32,428 nt of DNA from an uncultured Anaerolineales bacterium (GTDB lineage: Bacteria; Chloroflexota; Anaerolineae; UBA7937): positions 1 through 32,428 of the forward strand of contig CAZERB010000001.1 in assembly GCA_964514645.1 (NCBI GenBank), written 5' to 3'. Position 1 is the stretch's first letter; every line of letters begins with the position of its first letter. Both the position numbers and the translations under genes were made by a program. Below are positions 25,789-32,428 of the stretch, in pieces. The notes below the pieces were generated by a model. The model was not told the DNA's origin. It did not search any database and worked only from the letters and a program-made list of their open reading frames with translations.

Positions 25789-26633
25789 CCTGCCTCCTCA
25801 TCTTCGGACTCCGCTGCTTCCTCTTCAAACTCCACTTCTGCCTCTGGAGACTCCACTTCTGAAGCCGCAACCTCCGTCGCCTCCTGAGCCACGGCGGCCA
25901 GATACGTCGGTACGGCGGGCTCAACCTCCTCCTCGACCTGCAACGATTCCCAAATCTGTCTCCCTTCCTGGATAGCCTCCGCCACCTTGACACAGATTAG
26001 TTTAATGGCCTTTATGGCGTCATCATTGGCGGGGATGACAAAATCGATGAGATCAGGATCACAGTTAGTGTCCACCACAGCCACTATCGGGATCCCCAAC
26101 CGGTGGGCTTCTTTGACCGCGATATCCTCCCGTCGAACATCGACGATGAAGACCATATCCGGGAGGCGCAGCATCTCCTTTATCCCTCCCAGGCGCCGGT
26201 TCAAACGAGCGATCTCCCTCTCAATGCTCAGAGTCTCCTTTTTGCGCAACCCCTCGAAGTCTCCCCTGGCATACCGGGCTTCCAGATCGAGGAGGTAATC
26301 TATACGCTGGCGGATGGTGCGGAAATTAGTAAGCGTCCCTCCTAACCAACGCTCATTCACATAGGGCATGCCACAACTCTCGGCCGCCAAGGCGATACTC
26401 TCCTGTGCCTGTTTCTTGGTGCCTACGAAGAGGATCTTACCGTCCTGGCTGGCCACCTCCTTCACCTTCTCACACGCTTCCTCCAACCGAGATAGGGTTT
26501 GCTGCAAGTCGATGATATGGATCCCATTACGCTCCGTGAAGATGTAAGACCGCATCTTGGGGTGCCATCGCCTAGTACGATGGCCAAAATGGACGCCAGC
26601 CTCCAAGAGTTCCTTCATAGTCGCTACAACCAT
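25782..26633 (-). CDS. rpsB: 30S ribosomal protein S2 with an acidic C-terminal extension
   Basis: [30 protein letters not shown] and [25 protein letters not shown]. The tail is [25 protein letters not shown]. Confidence 0.95.
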   Translation of the reverse strand: MVVATMKELLEAGVHFGHRTRRWHPKMRSYIFTERNGIHIIDLQQTLSRLEEACEKVKEVASQDGKILFVGTKKQAQESIALAAESCGMPYVNERWLGGTLTNFRTIRQRIDYLLDLEARYARGDFEGLRKKETLSIEREIARLNRRLGGIKEMLRLPDMVFIVDVRREDIAVKEAHRLGIPIVAVVDTNCDPDLIDFVIPANDDAIKAIKLICVKVAEAIQEGRQIWESLQVEEEVEPAVPTYLAAVAQEATEVAASEVESPEAEVEFEEEAAESEDEEAGW

Positions 26634-26770
26634 TCTAAACCCCTTTCGTTTTAGACTTCCGCCTCCCTCCCCCTGGCCGGGAACCGAGCAAAAGAAAGAC
26701 CACTACCTCGCACCTCTTCCCTCGGCACGCCCGTCCAGTCAGGAGACGTGCTTATTAGGTTCGATTAAGA

Positions 26771-26799
26771 AGTATAGCATATAGTCAACTGGCAGGCAA
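26771..26799 (-). promoter_or_regulatory. Probable rpsB operon promoter
   Basis: Minus strand TTGCCT (26799-26794), 17-nt spacer ending in TGC (extended -10), TATACT (26776-26771). It leaves a ~130-nt leader. Confidence 0.5.
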
Positions 26800-26800
26800 G

Positions 26801-26828
26801 TTGAACTTGGAGAAAGGTATGTTATACT
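26801..26828 (+). promoter_or_regulatory. Probable promoter of the Trm112-like gene, back-to-back with the rpsB promoter
   Basis: TTGAAC (26801-26806), 16-nt spacer ending in TGT (extended -10), TATACT (26823-26828). GGGAGG SD and ATG 26849 follow. Confidence 0.5.
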
Positions 26829-26848
26829 ATCTGCCGAAGGGAGGCGAA

Positions 26849-27049
26849 ATGGTCAGCAAGGATCTTCTGGAGATACTCGTCTGCCCAGCCTGCAAGACAA
26901 AGGTGGAACTGGTTAGGGGTGCTTGGCTCGTCTGCCAGAACGAGCAGTGCCGCCGCAAATACCCCATTCGAGACGACATCCCCATTATGCTCATCGAGGA
27001 GGGGGATAAGTACATCGATGTCCCGGTGGAGGAACTGGGAACCTCGTAG
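26849..27049 (+). CDS. Trm112/YcaR (UPF0434) family small zinc-ribbon-like protein
   Basis: MVSKDLLEILVCPACKTKVELV...CQNEQCRRKYPIRDDIPIMLIEEG. ATG 26849 has a GGGAGG SD. The ORF-track start at 26801 coincides with the promoter -35 and is rejected. Confidence 0.85.
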   Translation: MVSKDLLEILVCPACKTKVELVRGAWLVCQNEQCRRKYPIRDDIPIMLIEEGDKYIDVPVEELGTS

Positions 27050-27272
27050 CAGACCCAAAAAACCTTCCTCCCCTTCTCTACTACTGCGAGAGCCCCTGAC
27101 ACCCTAACATCGAGAAGAGATAGGGGAGTCCACCTTCTTTGCTTTGGCCCCGCCACTACTATGACGCCTATGAAAGGGCCAGTGGCTATCAACCAGACTT
27201 CAAAGCCTCTTCTGCCCTCCCCGGCCCTCTGCTCTGAACCTCAACTTCCTGCTTTATGATGGGAAATGGCTA

Positions 27273-27301
27273 TTGTCAAGGCTTCACAAAGGTGTTATAA
27301 T
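27273..27301 (+). promoter_or_regulatory. Sigma-70-type promoter of the pseudo-receiver gene
   Basis: TTGTCA (27273-27278), 17-nt spacer ending in TGT (extended -10), TATAAT (27296-27301). AGGAGCCGGGAG SD lies before ATG 27364. Confidence 0.55.
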
Positions 27302-27363
27302 CAATTTAACATCTCTCTTTCATAAGATGGGTTGAAGGTTAAAGCCTTCTTAGGAGCCGGGAG

Positions 27364-28938
27364 ATGGCCAGAAAGATAGTTATCCTCGATGACCGGTCGG
27401 ATATTCTGGGCTTCCTCCTCGACCAGGTGTTAAAACCCAGCGGCTACGAAACGCTTGTCGCCAAAGACACCGAGGAAGGCCTACACAAAGGTCTATGGGA
27501 AAACCCAGACCTCATCATCCTGGCTTCCCTGTTCCTCTCCGCCTCCACTTTAGCCATCCATAGGACCATCCAATCCAGGTTGCCCGACATACCGGTGATC
27601 ATCACCGCCTCCTACGGCTCCCGGGAGTTGGTAGAGGAAGCCCTCAATCAGGGGGTGAGGAGTTGCCTCCTCAAGCCTTTCACCGCGGAGGAGGTAAAGG
27701 AGGCCATCGAGGGGACTCTGAAAGGGGCACCAGAGAAGGAAACCCTTGCAAAGAGGGTAGGGGAAGAGAAGATCGCTCCCCCTAGAAAAGTGGTCCCGAA
27801 AGCCGGCCATGTTCACGCTATCGGGAAATCTATCATCTCCGTCCTGGAGATGGAAAAGGTCCTCGCCCGCATCGTGGAGGCAGCCATCTACCTGACTGCT
27901 GCCGATGAAGGCTCTCTACTTCTAGTAGAGGGAGAAGATCGATTCAAGGTCAGGGCGGCAAAGGCTCGAGGGGAGAGGTATGCTCGTCCTCTGCAAAAGG
28001 TGGTTGAAGACAGAATCGCCACTCAGGTAGTAAGTATGGGCAAGCCGCAGAGGCAAAGAGGTCCCCGGGAGCACGAGTGGAGCGAGATGAAAACGGGCCA
28101 TCTTGTGGAGCACCTCTTATATGTGCCCCTCATGGCAAGAAATGAAGTCATCGCTATCCTTTGCCTCTTCAATAGGGATGCCGGCCGACCTTTCCTTGAG
28201 AGCGATCTGGACAACCTAGTGGCCTTAGCCGATTATGCCGCCACCGCCCTCCAGAACGCCCAACTCTTCGAAAACCTCCTCCAAGGCTATGAAGATCTGA
28301 GACAAATCCAAGAGCGGGAAACGCCTCAACAACCCCCCTGGGGTATAGAGAGGAGAAAGGGAGAGCGGAGGGTCGAAGAAAGGCGTAAGGGAGAGCGGAG
28401 GGTCAAAGAAAGGCGGCAAGAGGAACGCCGAGTGGCCGAAAGAAGGCAAGGAGAAAGTCCTGAGAGCCTCCAAGTGGAGCGTAGACAAGGGAAAAGGAGA
28501 AGGGAAGAGAGACGGCAGGCGGAAAGAAGAGAGGAGGAACGGCGAAAGGGAGATAGGCGGCAAGCGGAACGGCGAAAGGGAGAACGAAGGGCCGATCTCC
28601 CCTGGGCCGAGGCCAGCGAATCAGAGGAAGCCAAAACAGCGTCCATCCATGAAGAGAGTCTTTTAGATGAAACAAGGAGGTCAGAGGTGGCTGAGAAGTT
28701 AGTGGGAAGGGTAACTCACTACTACAGCCGGATCGGCGTGGTCGTAGTGGAGGTCACCGACACCCTAAAGGTGGGGGATACCATCCACATCAAAGGCGGC
28801 ATCCGCGACTTCGAGCAAACGGTCGACTCCATGGAGATCGAGCACCAGAATGTGGAGGTGGCTACCAAGGGACAGTCGATCGGGCTCAAGGTTATAGAGA
28901 AGGTGCGGGAAAACGACCTGGTGTATAAGGTCGAGTAG
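27364..28938 (+). CDS. Multidomain regulator: receiver-like domain lacking the phospho-acceptor Asp, a GAF domain, an Arg/Glu-rich decapeptide repeat region, and a C-terminal EF-Tu-domain-2-like beta-barrel
   Basis: REC-like IVILDDRSD...DLIILASLFLSAST (Ala where CheY has D57)...VIITAS...LLKPF. GAF LEMEKVLARIVEAAIYLTAADEGSLLLVE...LLYVPLMARNEVIAILCLFNR. Eight ERRxGERRxx units. C-terminus VGRVTHYYSRIGVVVVEVTDTLKVGDTIHIKGGIRDFEQTVDSMEIEHQNVEVATKGQSIGLKV. Confidence 0.85.
   Translation: MARKIVILDDRSDILGFLLDQVLKPSGYETLVAKDTEEGLHKGLWENPDLIILASLFLSASTLAIHRTIQSRLPDIPVIITASYGSRELVEEALNQGVRSCLLKPFTAEEVKEAIEGTLKGAPEKETLAKRVGEEKIAPPRKVVPKAGHVHAIGKSIISVLEMEKVLARIVEAAIYLTAADEGSLLLVEGEDRFKVRAAKARGERYARPLQKVVEDRIATQVVSMGKPQRQRGPREHEWSEMKTGHLVEHLLYVPLMARNEVIAILCLFNRDAGRPFLESDLDNLVALADYAATALQNAQLFENLLQGYEDLRQIQERETPQQPPWGIERRKGERRVEERRKGERRVKERRQEERRVAERRQGESPESLQVERRQGKRRREERRQAERREEERRKGDRRQAERRKGERRADLPWAEASESEEAKTASIHEESLLDETRRSEVAEKLVGRVTHYYSRIGVVVVEVTDTLKVGDTIHIKGGIRDFEQTVDSMEIEHQNVEVATKGQSIGLKVIEKVRENDLVYKVE
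28348..28590 (+). repeat. Eight tandem, in-frame ~30-nt repeats encoding ERR(K/Q)(G/E/A)(E/D/K)RRxx
   Basis: Units 1 and 2 (gagaggagaaagggagagcggagggtcgaa / gaaaggcgtaagggagagcggagggtcaaa) are 26/30 identical. Later units are more diverged, and one carries a 3-codon insertion (GESPESLQV). Confidence 0.9.
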
Positions 28939-29007
28939 CAAGGGAGCGGCCCTCGCACTTTCCCCTACTCAGGGGCTTAGTGCATTGCTCTCTGTTCATA
29001 AAAGCAA

Positions 29008-29047
29008 AGCCCCTTCAGTGAGAGGCTGCAAGGGGCTATTGATTTTA
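29008..29047 (+). terminator. Probable rho-independent terminator after the pseudo-receiver gene
   Basis: AGCCCCTT (29008-29015) pairs with AAGGGGCT (29030-29037), 8 bp with a 14-nt loop, followed by ATTGATTTTAT. Confidence 0.5.
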
Positions 29048-29069
29048 TGTATAGGAGATAGGTAATAAC

Positions 29070-29987
29070 TTGCGTGCCTATAAGGTCCCCCAGGCTGCTA
29101 TCGTTCTCTTACTCCTCACTGGGGTCAGCGTAGCCCTTTGGGCCCTGCTGACACCCTCAGCCGCCACAGGGTTATTACAGGTCACGTTCCTTGATGTCGG
29201 CCAGGGAGATGCCGCTTGGATTAAGACTCCCGATGGCTGGGATATCCTCATCGATGGAGGTAAAAAGAGCGCGGGGCCAGGCCTCCTCTCCTACCTCCAG
29301 AGCCAGGAGGTGACGGAGATAGAGGTTCTGGTGCTCAGCCACCCTGATGCCGATCATGTGGGAGGTTTTATCACAATCCTTGAGAATATGGATGTCGGCA
29401 AGGCCCTCCTCAACTGCCAGCGTACTGAAACCGACACCTATAAGGAGTTCGAAACCCTCCTAGTAGCGAAAGAGGTCATAACCACCTGTGTTCGAGATGG
29501 GCACAACTTCACTTGGGGGGCGTATATCACCGCATCCGCTGTCAACCCCGCTGAGCCCCTCATGTCAGGCACTAACAACAACTCCGTTGTCTTGCGCGTC
29601 TCCCACGGCACCATAGACTTTCTATTCACCGGAGATATCGAATCGGAGGCTGAGGCCCGAATCCTGGACAGAGGCCCCATCATTGAAGCGGAAATCCTCA
29701 AGGTAGCCCATCATGGCAGCGGCTCCTCGTCGACCGCTCTCTTTCTGGCCCAAGTCGATCCAGAACTCGCCGTAATCTCAGTTGGCGCCTCGAACCCCTA
29801 TGGCCACCCTGACCCAGGAACCCTTGCCCGGCTACATGATGCCGGCGCCACCATCTACAGGACCGATCTCAATGGAACCATCGTGGTCACCACCGATGGC
29901 ACAACCTATTCGGTCGAACCGGAAACCTCCTATCTTCTTTATCTGCCCCTCGTTATGAAAGGCTGGCTGTCGATTCTGGACCCATAG
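29070..29987 (+). CDS. Secreted or membrane-anchored metallo-beta-lactamase-fold hydrolase of the ComEC/Rec2 C-terminal-domain type
   Basis: N-terminal hydrophobic helix AAIVLLLLTGVSVALWALL. LQVTFLDVGQGDAAWIKTPDGWDILIDGG, LVLSHPDADHVGG, LFTGDIESEAE and LKVAHHGSGSSS. TTG start with AGGAGA SD 11 nt upstream. Confidence 0.85.
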   Translation: MRAYKVPQAAIVLLLLTGVSVALWALLTPSAATGLLQVTFLDVGQGDAAWIKTPDGWDILIDGGKKSAGPGLLSYLQSQEVTEIEVLVLSHPDADHVGGFITILENMDVGKALLNCQRTETDTYKEFETLLVAKEVITTCVRDGHNFTWGAYITASAVNPAEPLMSGTNNNSVVLRVSHGTIDFLFTGDIESEAEARILDRGPIIEAEILKVAHHGSGSSSTALFLAQVDPELAVISVGASNPYGHPDPGTLARLHDAGATIYRTDLNGTIVVTTDGTTYSVEPETSYLLYLPLVMKGWLSILDP

Positions 29988-29991
29988 CCTG

Positions 29992-30627
29992 CTAGTAGTT
30001 CTTGACGACCAGGGGGAGATATACCTTCGAGCCTTTGAAAGTGAAACTCAGGTCGTCGAAGAAGACAGGGGTCTCGGGATTGGGATTCGCGATATGCACA
30101 ACACACTTTATACGAGCAATGGTAGCGGCAGGGGGCGCTTGTACACCATCACTACCGTTGTATGGGATGCGACGCTCCTGATAACCGGGCTCGTCATCAT
30201 AGACTTTCTGAGAATCGACTGGGGGAGGTATCTTTCCCAAAGAGTCCCGCCATTCGATGCTTAGCATAGCCCAGTAGTCTTCGATAGGACTATCGTTATA
30301 GTTATAAACCCAGCCAGACAGCCTATAACGGAAGCCCCCTATCACTGGCACGTCCTGATAGATATACATTTCACCTCCCTCCCCGACGGTCAGATTCAAG
30401 GAAGCGGCCCATTCCCCTGAGTGTACAGGGTATGGATTCGTTACGGTGATGAAATCGGTGGTCTCGTGATCGATATGCTGCCAATGCACAGTCCCTTCTT
30501 CGAAGCCCGGATTCTGGAGGAGGTTTGAACCGCCAGAAGCCCGCCCTGGTGATGGTGAAAGCAAAGCAGCAAGGAGAAGAAAGCAGACCCAGACAATGAG
30601 AAAAGCAACGAGTGTGCGTTTTGTCAT
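29992..30627 (-). CDS. Secreted protein with a carbohydrate-binding-module-like (CBM4/9, galactose-binding-like) jelly-roll
   Basis: Signal MTKRTLVAFLIVWVCFLLLAALL. SNLLQNPGFEEGTVHWQ..., HSGEWAASL, YQDVPVIGGFRYRLSGWVY and VFFDDLSFTF are typical of CBM4/9-like modules. Confidence 0.7.
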   Translation of the reverse strand: MTKRTLVAFLIVWVCFLLLAALLSPSPGRASGGSNLLQNPGFEEGTVHWQHIDHETTDFITVTNPYPVHSGEWAASLNLTVGEGGEMYIYQDVPVIGGFRYRLSGWVYNYNDSPIEDYWAMLSIEWRDSLGKIPPPVDSQKVYDDEPGYQERRIPYNGSDGVQAPPAATIARIKCVVHIANPNPETPVFFDDLSFTFKGSKVYLPLVVKNY

Positions 30628-30637
30628 TTTGTGCCCT

Positions 30638-30666
30638 AGGATACAACATTACAAGCCCACCGTCAA
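30638..30666 (-). promoter_or_regulatory. Probable promoter of the CBM-like gene (very short leader)
   Basis: Minus strand TTGACG (30666-30661), 17-nt spacer, TATCCT (30643-30638). Only 10 nt (AGGGCACAAA) separate the -10 from ATG 30627, and there is no SD. Confidence 0.4.
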
Positions 30667-30808
30667 GGGGGAAAAGAAAAAAGAGAGCCGAGTTCAGCCC
30701 CCTTAGAAAGAACATGTTCTGAGTGAAACAGGTATTAGGTAAGGTTAATCAGCCAACAGGGCGCTCGCATGCGGCTATAGCCTAAAATGCCGCCGCGAAT
30801 GACCATCT

Positions 30809-31600
30809 CTACTCTTTGCTTATCTTTATATAGTCGATCTCCAGCCATTGTCGGTGGGGCACCGCTAACAATCCCGTCTCTAACCCTCCAGTAGGGGTCA
30901 TGGAGGCCGAGTTATTGTCCATCCAAGCCACGAAACCCAAAGGGAGCCTAGGAGGGTTGGCCACCCGATAGACCTCCCTCCCATCTACCTGGAAGAGGGC
31001 TGCCTGCCGCCGCCAATGGATAAAGTAGGTATGCCACTCCCTCATATCTACCTCCAGGAGCCTGTCCCCCATGCTCAGAGCACGGTAGGCCAACCCTAGG
31101 AATACCTTGTTAGTGAAGGGCATCCTTGTGACCAGATCGACCAGACCCATAAGCGGCCCCATCCCTTTTCCTCCATTGAGCATCGCTGCCTTCCAGCCAT
31201 TTCCAGGCTGACCGGGGGTCAGAGAGATATCGGAGGGAGGAGAGGCGTAGAAGAACCATACCCAGTTGGGGGGCACCCTTATCCCCCCTTCCCAGTCGTA
31301 GGGGGCGTTCCAAAAACCGAAGCCCGCGGTTCCTAAAACTTCCCCCGCGGAGTGGGAGAAGCGGGCTCTTACTTCCATAGTCAAGGGGGGAGTCCAGGGG
31401 AAGTTCTCCCGCGCATGATGGCGATGATCGTTGATCTCCGCGTCTGAGAGTTCTCCGACTCTGGCCCTCTCCAAGGAGAAGAGCACCGTCTCAGGCGCGC
31501 TCTCTATCTCCCCCTGGCCCACAGCGAACCGCACCCAATATGGCGAGATACCGCCCTCAAAACGGTCAATAACCCTCTCTTGCGAGGCCATAGCGCTCAT
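30809..31600 (-). CDS. Hypothetical cytoplasmic protein, possibly concanavalin-A-like/jelly-roll fold
   Basis: 263-aa ORF without a signal peptide. W/F/G-rich beta-type composition (GTAGFGFWNAPYDW, WVWFFYASPP, FVAWMDNNS, WLEIDYIKISKE). No motif I can assign with confidence. ATG 31591 is an alternative start. Confidence 0.55.
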   Translation of the reverse strand: MSAMASQERVIDRFEGGISPYWVRFAVGQGEIESAPETVLFSLERARVGELSDAEINDHRHHARENFPWTPPLTMEVRARFSHSAGEVLGTAGFGFWNAPYDWEGGIRVPPNWVWFFYASPPSDISLTPGQPGNGWKAAMLNGGKGMGPLMGLVDLVTRMPFTNKVFLGLAYRALSMGDRLLEVDMREWHTYFIHWRRQAALFQVDGREVYRVANPPRLPLGFVAWMDNNSASMTPTGGLETGLLAVPHRQWLEIDYIKISKE

Positions 31601-31726
31601 GCCTTCAAGGAGATGATTTCACAGACGCTAGTATAATATGCCTTGGTAAGAAGAGCGAATGGACAACCGCTAAGACCACCTCCCCTACCATTCTAACCCC
31701 CAAAAGAGTATGCGGTTACACCCCTC

Positions 31727-31755
31727 TTGCCTCCCTCTCTTGAACCTGCTAAGAT
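31727..31755 (+). promoter_or_regulatory. Probable promoter of the pentapeptide-repeat gene
   Basis: TTGCCT (31727-31732), 17-nt spacer, TAAGAT (31750-31755). GAGGAG SD lies before ATG 31774. Confidence 0.45.
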
Positions 31756-31773
31756 AAAGCGAGGAGAAAGGCG

Positions 31774-32334
31774 ATGAAGGGCGAGGATCCCAAAGCCGAG
31801 ATAGTGGCTAAGGTAAAGCGAGGCGAGAGCCTAGAGGGTGCCCGACTACCCTTCATAAACCTGAAGCGAGCGGAACTCGAGGGTGCTAATCTCCAAAGGG
31901 CAGATCTCACCGGGGCCGTCCTCCTCTTCGCCAAACTACAAGGTGCCAATCTGCGAGAAGCAAAACTGGAGGGGGCTATCCTGAGAGGGGCCAAGTTAGA
32001 GAAGGCGAATCTAGTCGGAGCAGACCTGCGGGGCGCTTTCTTAGGCCTGGCTGACCTCACCGGGGCTGATTTGAGTGAGGCCAACTTGAAGGGAGCCAAC
32101 CTCCAAGGCGCGATCCTCAGAGAGGCCAAACTGGTCAAGGCTGACCTCCAGGATGCGTACCTAGAGAGCACAGATCTGGAAGGAGCGAATCTAAGAGGAG
32201 CGGCCCTCCGTGGTTCCTACCTCCGGGACACGAATTTCGAAGGGGCCGAACTCGAGGGCGCCGATTTCAAGGGCGTCCAAGGGTTGAGGGCGAAGACGGG
32301 GGAATACCTGCGAAGCAAAGGTGTAACCCTCTAA
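31774..32334 (+). CDS. Pentapeptide-repeat protein
   Basis: Almost the entire protein is A(D/N)LxG-type pentapeptides ([51 protein letters not shown]...). Confidence 0.9.
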   Translation: MKGEDPKAEIVAKVKRGESLEGARLPFINLKRAELEGANLQRADLTGAVLLFAKLQGANLREAKLEGAILRGAKLEKANLVGADLRGAFLGLADLTGADLSEANLKGANLQGAILREAKLVKADLQDAYLESTDLEGANLRGAALRGSYLRDTNFEGAELEGADFKGVQGLRAKTGEYLRSKGVTL

Positions 32335-32342
32335 GCCCCACC

Positions 32343-32371
32343 TTGACCGAAGAGCCCGAATAGGCTATACT
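32343..32371 (+). promoter_or_regulatory. Probable promoter of tRNA-Pro
   Basis: TTGACC (32343-32348), 17-nt spacer, TATACT (32366-32371). The tRNA 5' end follows 7 nt later. Confidence 0.5.
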
Positions 32372-32378
32372 ACTATTG

Positions 32379-32428
32379 CGGGGTGTAGCGCAGGTGGTAG
32401 CGCGCAGCGTTTGGGACGCTGAGGTCGT
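32379..32428 (+). tRNA. tRNA-Pro (anticodon UGG), 5' 50 nt; the 3' part lies beyond the window
   Basis: Acceptor CGGGGTG, U8 A9, D-arm GCGC-AGGTGGTA-GCGC, anticodon arm CAGCG-TTTGGGA-CGCTG (TGG at 32412-32414, G37), variable AGGTC. It is collinear with E. coli tRNA-Pro as I remember it. Confidence 0.85.

Noticed and set aside
25643-25993. ORFs 25643..25975 (+) and 25778..25993 (-) with P/L/R-rich repeats.
   Set aside because: They are alternative frames of the acidic, repetitive rpsB tail and the tsf 5' end. The S2 and EF-Ts frames are strongly supported.
26827-27270. 121-aa minus-strand ORF (26827..27192) and the otherwise unassigned ~220-nt stretch between the Trm112-like gene and the next promoter. 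I looked for an sRNA, SRP RNA, 6S RNA or a terminator.
   Set aside because: The ORF is antisense to the Trm112-like gene and has no motifs. Only short, non-nested complementarities (GGCCC/GGGCC, GCCACT/AGTGGC) were seen, with no U-tract terminator or recognisable RNA family signature. Left unassigned.
28348-28590. Regularly spaced ~30-nt repeats that could superficially look like a CRISPR array or a minisatellite.
   Set aside because: The repeats are directly tandem with no spacers. They are in frame inside a well-supported ORF and diverge in a codon-wise manner. They are coding repeats.
27364-28938. PilZ-domain assignment for the C-terminal part, prompted by the RRxxxR motifs upstream of a beta-barrel.
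   Set aside because: No (D/N)xSxxG motif follows the repeats. The barrel sequence looks like the EF-Tu domain-2-like family rather than PilZ.
30709-30720. AGAACATGTTCT considered as a LexA (Cheo-box) SOS operator.
   Set aside because: The Cheo box is GAAC-N4-GTTC, but here the half-sites are separated by 2 nt. No SOS-type gene is adjacent.
1-32428. Search for transposases, integrases, phage genes, toxin-antitoxin pairs, restriction-modification or other known defence modules, CRISPR arrays and rRNA.
   Set aside because: No ORF shows the corresponding motifs (DDE, tyrosine or serine recombinase, Cas, methyltransferase and so on). No terminal inverted repeats flanking a gene block were noticed. 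SbcC, the macro domain and the pentapeptide protein occur here in ordinary chromosomal contexts.

Overview
Gene-dense, GC-rich bacterial chromosomal segment. No rRNA, CRISPR array or recognisable mobile element was seen. Lipoprotein-type binding proteins with P/T/V-rich linkers and a short EF-Ts suggest a thermophilic Chloroflexota-like organism, but this is a low-confidence inference. From nt 2338 to 26633 every gene lies on the minus strand. Left to right the window contains: (1) the 3' part of sbcC (plus strand), converging on an endonuclease III gene. (2) A sugar-type uptake locus: two ABC ATPases, an internal promoter, a family-5 binding lipoprotein, two permeases, a beta-propeller/6-TM lipoprotein and a GH36 alpha-galactosidase. 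(3) An ECF sigma factor with a small downstream partner. (4) A non-canonical, translationally coupled glycine-cleavage operon: gcvH, a small Cys-rich protein, gcvPA, a class-V aminotransferase, gcvPB. There is no gcvT and no convincing glycine riboswitch. (5) A NudF (ADP-ribose pyrophosphatase) gene relic and a LysM lipoprotein. (6) The conserved rpsB-tsf-pyrH-frr-uppS-cdsA cluster, extended by a polytopic-membrane/GAF/HTH regulator and a macro-domain protein. (7) An accessory-looking right end: a Trm112-like gene; a pseudo-receiver/GAF/Arg-Glu-repeat/beta-barrel protein; a secreted ComEC-type MBL hydrolase; a secreted CBM-like protein; a jelly-roll-like hypothetical; a pentapeptide-repeat protein; and the 5' part of tRNA-Pro(UGG). 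Several near-consensus sigma-70 promoters (TTGnCn-N16-18-TATAnT) can be read directly. The most interesting observations are: the binding protein looks circularly permuted relative to DppA/OppA; the rewired gcv operon; the membrane-tethered HTH regulator coupled to cdsA; the pseudo-receiver with eight 30-nt ERRxGERRxx repeats; and a YLPLV[MV]K C-terminal motif shared by two adjacent convergent secreted proteins. All functional calls come from motif recognition by eye. No database search was run.
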